Below the pieces are notes generated by a model, which was not told where the DNA came from, did no database searches, and saw nothing but the letters and a program-made list of their open reading frames with translations. The position numbers were made by a program, and so were the translations under genes. Shown here in pieces: positions 57,201 to 60,354 of a DNA stretch of 60,354 nucleotides. This DNA comes from Marinagarivorans sp. (GTDB lineage Bacteria; Pseudomonadota; Gammaproteobacteria; Pseudomonadales; Cellvibrionaceae). The stretch lies in assembly GCA_028281865.1 (NCBI GenBank), contig JANQJB010000068.1, forward strand, positions 1 through 60,354, read 5' to 3'. Within the stretch, counting starts at the first letter, position 1; every line of letters begins with the position of its first letter.

Positions 57201-57389
57201 TGCGGTTTACTGCCGCTGCTGAGTGAAACAAGCGAACAAGCGCAATACCTAAAACCTGCTGCCGTATCGTTAGTATTCGGCGAACTTTTTGCCACACCTA
57301 TTACACTGATATTAATTCCCTTGTTACTGTCCTTTAGTCGGCAAAAGAAAGAGTTGCTACCGAGTAAGTCGCTAACGAGCGCTGGTTAG
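54285..57389 (+). CDS. RND-family efflux permease (AcrB/HAE-type, 12 TM)
   Basis: 1034 aa. MKTLTRWFLDNPVAANLLMVFIIAAGL and two large periplasmic loops, typical of ACR_tran. Confidence 0.95.
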   Translation: MKTLTRWFLDNPVAANLLMVFIIAAGLLTLPNLRVESFPQIPPTEVEISVVYPGGTARQVDEGITQRIEAAISGVAGINRITSQSHNGYASVLVKKNTGVKLDRLIDDIRNQVESIEGFPALAERPRIYRNEYTNLASFVMVYGGDSNELLQQASSRVERALKKHPKISKVTNLGKRKRLLAVEPDAEQLKRYGLSIEELADRLRQWSVEYRSGELRTARGSILLQGSTVADNLRELENIPIITTEYTRVTLGDIAAVRRDYEQTDSIVRYQGQPAIALMVSTSQKDNLFHISEATESVLGSLKPTLPQNIGLDVMADMSPYIDEQLDLLSTNAWQGLLIVLVLLALFLEVRLAFWVALGIPVSLAGAATLMGLPALDYSINDITLFGMILVLGVLVDDAVVVGESIHQARQVNKDPKEAAWQGVEAVAVPTIFGALTTIAAFSPMLWIQNELAKVLAGFSAVVIFALIFSLIESKFILPTHLSYVARQRRTSVVEQWLIKARVLCNRALDCFTSRVYSPLLLVSLANRKTSIALFISFVLLAYGALMKKHIDSVFFPEIPGRYASVKVTMQHGVANALTDRNFAQLEQAIERTADALQQAYALPQSPVSKYIVAKENAENIELTAELTSSALAKVPSDHFLAELRQHTGNLEGSYAIKFSLAEEPAGGTAISVSARNRDLAKQVANRIKVALAQLPGVNDVYDDSQLAKRQLKVSVNERGSALGIDQSRLATLVGGAFGQIEIHRLLDKNEETQVIVRFPETQTKTIEQLKATPVLLAANRYVSLGEISHLEYEREPEVIYRRNRDEVVSIYWRQNRSISSPESTWERLKAEAVLDLQRLYPDVTITAVGEFAEIIEVQAGFKKAMLLTLLLIYILLAIPLKSYWQPFIIMSVIPMGFAGAIIGHGLLGLPVSVLSLFGMMAMTGVVINDSLVLMSRFNQLHDSGLSIKSALIEAGKSRLRAIFLTTVTTVCGLLPLLSETSEQAQYLKPAAVSLVFGELFATPITLILIPLLLSFSRQKKELLPSKSLTSAG

Positions 57390-57428
57390 CGTCGCTCGTT
57401 ACACAGTGCTTAGTCATTAAGCATAGGT

Positions 57429-57458
57429 CCATTTTGTTTTTCTCTGAAATGGCTTTTT
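57429..57458 (+). terminator. Candidate rho-independent terminator after the RND operon
   Basis: CCATTT-N12-AAATGG stem followed by CTTTTT, 40 bp after the RND stop codon. Confidence 0.45.
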
Positions 57459-57521
57459 ACTCTTCAAAAATCGGTGCATTTTAAAACTCGGTGCGTTATC
57501 AGTTCCTGAATAAAGAACATA

Positions 57522-58589
57522 TTATTTAACCAAGCGCATGCGAATATTCCGATAAGTGATTTCAGCACCTTCAGCCTGAAGACCGATTTTACCGGAAGTC
57601 AGCGCCTGCCCATAAAAATCAACAGCCTGTTTAAATTGGTTGACGAGGACTCCGTTTACAAAATATTTTGCGGAGTCGCCGCGAATTTCCAAGCGTACTT
57701 TGTTCCAACCTTTCACTTCACTCATCGCGTACCGGATGAGTCTTGCACCACCTCGAAGCCCCTCTTGAGTTTTGCTATTGGCTACTGTTTCTTTTCCATC
57801 TTTCAGCAAACCGACTACACTCGGCCCGCGTATCGAATAGTGATCACCGGTATCACCCTCCTGAATTTGGCACTCAAGCGATACCGGCCATACTTCGAGA
57901 TCGCCTCGCGCGTGGAAAATAATACCTGCATCGCGTTTTTTATTTTGCCGCGGTGCAAATTTTCGCTCGCCCCATTTATATTCCAATTCAAAATCGTAGT
58001 GACTGTAATCAGTCGCTGTCATTATCATCGAGAAGGGTGCCTCGTTGTGCGGCCAGTTATAAAGAGCTTTTAGATAATGGCCGTCATTTTCAAAAACAAT
58101 ATTTTCCAGCGTTTTATACTGACTGTAACGCGTACTCTGCGTGTAAACTTTGCCAATCCCCTGGGCTGGAAATGGGTTAAACCAAGTGTTTAATTGCGGG
58201 TTTTTGTGTGAGTTTAGAAAAACTATTGCATCATGCGTTTCATTTGATTTTCTATTCTTTGCGCTTAATTTTAACTCGTACTTTTTGTAGCCCGCAAACT
58301 TGGGAAGCTTATCTATTGACAGGACTCCTGTCTTTTTATCGATTGAAAAAAAATCGGCTTTCGCGTTATCCGATATAGCATCAATTGAAAACTCAAATTT
58401 ACTCTCGCCTGTATGATTAAGTCTTGCAATCGCTGCTCCGGGTGTTAAATAACCATAGGCGGGAAAAGCATAATATAAAAAGGGATTGGCAAATGGGCTG
58501 CGGTCCGAAGTCTCTCCTGCTCTAGTATTTGAACAAAAAACAACTAGGATAATCAGCATTATATAGAGCCGTTTAAAAAATCTGCGCAT
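57522..58589 (-). CDS. Secreted DUF1080-family protein (3-keto-disaccharide hydrolase / LamG-like fold)
   Basis: 355 aa. Signal peptide. C-terminal GKIGLQAEGAEITYRNIRMRLV matches the DUF1080 C-terminal hallmark. Confidence 0.7.
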   Translation of the reverse strand: MRRFFKRLYIMLIILVVFCSNTRAGETSDRSPFANPFLYYAFPAYGYLTPGAAIARLNHTGESKFEFSIDAISDNAKADFFSIDKKTGVLSIDKLPKFAGYKKYELKLSAKNRKSNETHDAIVFLNSHKNPQLNTWFNPFPAQGIGKVYTQSTRYSQYKTLENIVFENDGHYLKALYNWPHNEAPFSMIMTATDYSHYDFELEYKWGERKFAPRQNKKRDAGIIFHARGDLEVWPVSLECQIQEGDTGDHYSIRGPSVVGLLKDGKETVANSKTQEGLRGGARLIRYAMSEVKGWNKVRLEIRGDSAKYFVNGVLVNQFKQAVDFYGQALTSGKIGLQAEGAEITYRNIRMRLVK

Positions 58590-58860
58590 CGAGAGTTCCA
58601 GTAAGTTATGACGTTATCATTGTTTTAGCGAAAATTGATTGGATCGATGCATTTTATCAAAGACTGAAAAAGCCTCGAAGTTTCTTAATCTTTCCATGCG
58701 CATTGAAGCTGAAATAGTTAATGCCTTCATGGATAAGCTTTAGCATATATACCATGAACAAAAATAATGATTAATTGAAAATATATCATTTTTATTCATT
58801 CATATCATACCTTACGCTAATGGCAATTCATTAATTGGCAGCACAGTGAAAGGTAGCGCT

Positions 58861-60354
58861 ATGGCTTTGACTCATAATCTTGGATATCCCCGTATTGGCG
58901 AACAACGCGAACTTAAACGGGCAACAGAAGCGTTCTGGAAAGGAAAGCTTTCAGAAAGCGAGCTGCAAAAAACGGCTGCCCAAATTCGCCGTACGAATTG
59001 GTTTAAACAAAGGGATGCTGGCATTGACCTTATCCCCGTCAACGATTTCTCGTTCTACGACCAAACCCTCGATATGAGCTGCCTACTGGGTAATGTACCG
59101 CCTCGCTTCCAATGGCAAGGGGAGCAAACGGATCTTAATACCGTATTCACTATCGCGCGCGGTACACAGGGCGGCGTATCTCTGGTCGAAAATGAAAAAG
59201 ACTGTCAGACCGACAAGGTCTCAACCTTCGCCAGTGAAATGACCAAGTGGTTCGATACCAATTACCACTACATCGTCCCTGAATTCTCGGCAGACACGAA
59301 GTTCTCCCTTTCTGGCAGCAAAGTATTCGATGAATTTAAAGAAGCAAGAGCATTGGGAATTAACGCCAAACCTGTGCTTGTCGGCCCAATAACGTATCTC
59401 TCTTTGGGCAAGGTCCAGGACAGCAAAAACCCCGACTTCGATCCGTTTACGCTGCTGGATAATCTTGTCAGTGTTTATGAAGAAATTATCGGCAAACTCT
59501 CCTCGGCTGGTGCGCAGTGGATTCAGTTGGATGAACCGGTATTCTCGCTCGATCTTAGTGAAAAACAGCGCGCCGCGTTCAAAATAGCCTACGATCGACT
59601 TGCCAAAGCTAAAGGTGCGGCCAAGTTGCTCGTTACCACCTACTTTGGTGGAGTACGTGAAAACCTAGACACTTACCTCGCGCTGCCAGTCGAAGCCCTG
59701 CACTTCGATTTTGTGCGTGGTGCTGAAGATATCGATTCTGTGCTGGCGAAATTTCCGCAAGACAAAATTCTCTCAGTCGGCATCGTAGAGGGCCGTAATA
59801 TCTGGAAAAACAATTACGACGCCTCGCTGGCTATTCTGAAAAAAGCCAAAGCCGCAGTCGGTGATCGCTTGTGGATTGCACCAAGCTGCTCGCTGCTGCA
59901 CTCGCCCATCACGTTAAAAAACGAAACAAAACTTGACGATGAACTGCTGAACTGGCTCGCATTTGCAGATCAGAAACTGCTGGAAATCGCCGACCTTCGC
60001 CAACTCCTGGATGGCACGGGAGGCAGGGAGGCACTGCGGCCCAATCAAGCGGCTATTGCATCTCGCAAGGCCAGCAAGCGTATCCACAACGATGCAGTCC
60101 AGTCACGTCTAGCCGGTGTAACATCGAGCGATTTCGAGCGCGCCTCGAATTTTGCAGCTCGCCAACAAAGCCAGGCCAATAAACTCCAACTTCCCGAATT
60201 TCCGACGACCACCATTGGCTCCTTCCCACAAACAAGCGAAGTCCGCCAAGCACGTGCAAAATGGAAAAAAGGCGAACTTAGCGCTGCTGACTACGACACG
60301 TTCCTGAAACAAGAAACCGCAAAATGCGTCGCCTTCCAGGATGAGATCGATATC
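58861..60354 (+). CDS. metE: Cobalamin-independent methionine synthase MetE, 5' part. The ORF runs off the right edge.
   Basis: Manual translation gives MALTHNLGYPRIGEQRELKRATEAFWKGKLSESELQKTAAQIRRTNWFKQRDAGIDLIPVNDFSFYDQ..., the classic MetE N-terminus. It is open to the end of the window and absent from the track because it is incomplete. Confidence 0.9.
   Translation, partial: MALTHNLGYPRIGEQRELKRATEAFWKGKLSESELQKTAAQIRRTNWFKQRDAGIDLIPVNDFSFYDQTLDMSCLLGNVPPRFQWQGEQTDLNTVFTIARGTQGGVSLVENEKDCQTDKVSTFASEMTKWFDTNYHYIVPEFSADTKFSLSGSKVFDEFKEARALGINAKPVLVGPITYLSLGKVQDSKNPDFDPFTLLDNLVSVYEEIIGKLSSAGAQWIQLDEPVFSLDLSEKQRAAFKIAYDRLAKAKGAAKLLVTTYFGGVRENLDTYLALPVEALHFDFVRGAEDIDSVLAKFPQDKILSVGIVEGRNIWKNNYDASLAILKKAKAAVGDRLWIAPSCSLLHSPITLKNETKLDDELLNWLAFADQKLLEIADLRQLLDGTGGREALRPNQAAIASRKASKRIHNDAVQSRLAGVTSSDFERASNFAARQQSQANKLQLPEFPTTTIGSFPQTSEVRQARAKWKKGELSAADYDTFLKQETAKCVAFQDEIDI

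Noticed and set aside
58590-58860. Looked for a cobalamin riboswitch or a MetR box upstream of metE
   Set aside because: No B12-box-like or conserved riboswitch core was recognisable by eye. The TGAA-N12-TTCA element at 58710..58729 does not fit the MetR spacing (TGAA-N5-TTCA). Not reported as a feature. A covariance-model scan would be decisive.
1-60354. Searched for CRISPR arrays, tRNA or rRNA genes, transposases, integrases and phage genes
   Set aside because: No regularly spaced direct repeats, no tRNA-like cloverleaf candidates I could support, and no ORF with transposase, integrase or recombinase motifs. Therefore none is reported.

Overview
This 60-kb window appears to come from a marine gammaproteobacterium. 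Long codon-diversified polyserine linkers in secreted lipoproteins, the roughly 45% GC content and the gene repertoire suggest a Cellvibrionaceae-like organism, but that is an inference. Positions 1-20866 are a single-strand (minus) cluster of at least 24 co-oriented flagellar genes encoding only the hook-basal-body and type-III export apparatus, in a Firmicute/spirochaete-like order. In transcription order it reads fliQ-fliR-flhB-flhA-fliK-like-flhB'(C-terminal domain only)-flgF-flgG-flgA-flgH-flgI-flgB-flgC-fliE-fliF-fliG'-fliH-fliI-fliJ-fliK-like-flgD-flgE-fliM-fliN, followed by a partial membrane ORF. The cluster has several atypical features. The FliG-slot protein lacks the C-terminal torque domain. 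FliM lacks the N-terminal CheY-P-binding motif. No motAB, flagellin, hook-associated (flgKL), filament-cap (fliD), fliA/flgM, fliL or flgJ genes are present in the cluster. The rest of the window is accessory or regulatory. It holds a TPR pair, a cardiolipin synthase, a patatin-like phospholipase, a LytS/LytTR two-component system, a flotillin, two polyserine-linker lipoproteins, and an operon encoding a membrane-anchored XRE-HTH/TPR regulator, a periplasmic protein and a periplasmic WD40-caspase (orthocaspase). It also holds a LuxI-like synthase translationally coupled to a SAM methyltransferase next to a luxR-type receptor, a LysR regulator, an aldo-keto reductase, a 1815-aa secreted Ca-binding beta-helix repeat protein preceded by a 34-codon leader ORF, an ABC-exporter membrane-domain-only remnant, a TetR-regulated RND efflux pair, a DUF1080 protein and the 5' part of metE. 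No CRISPR arrays, tRNA or rRNA genes, transposases or integrases were recognised.
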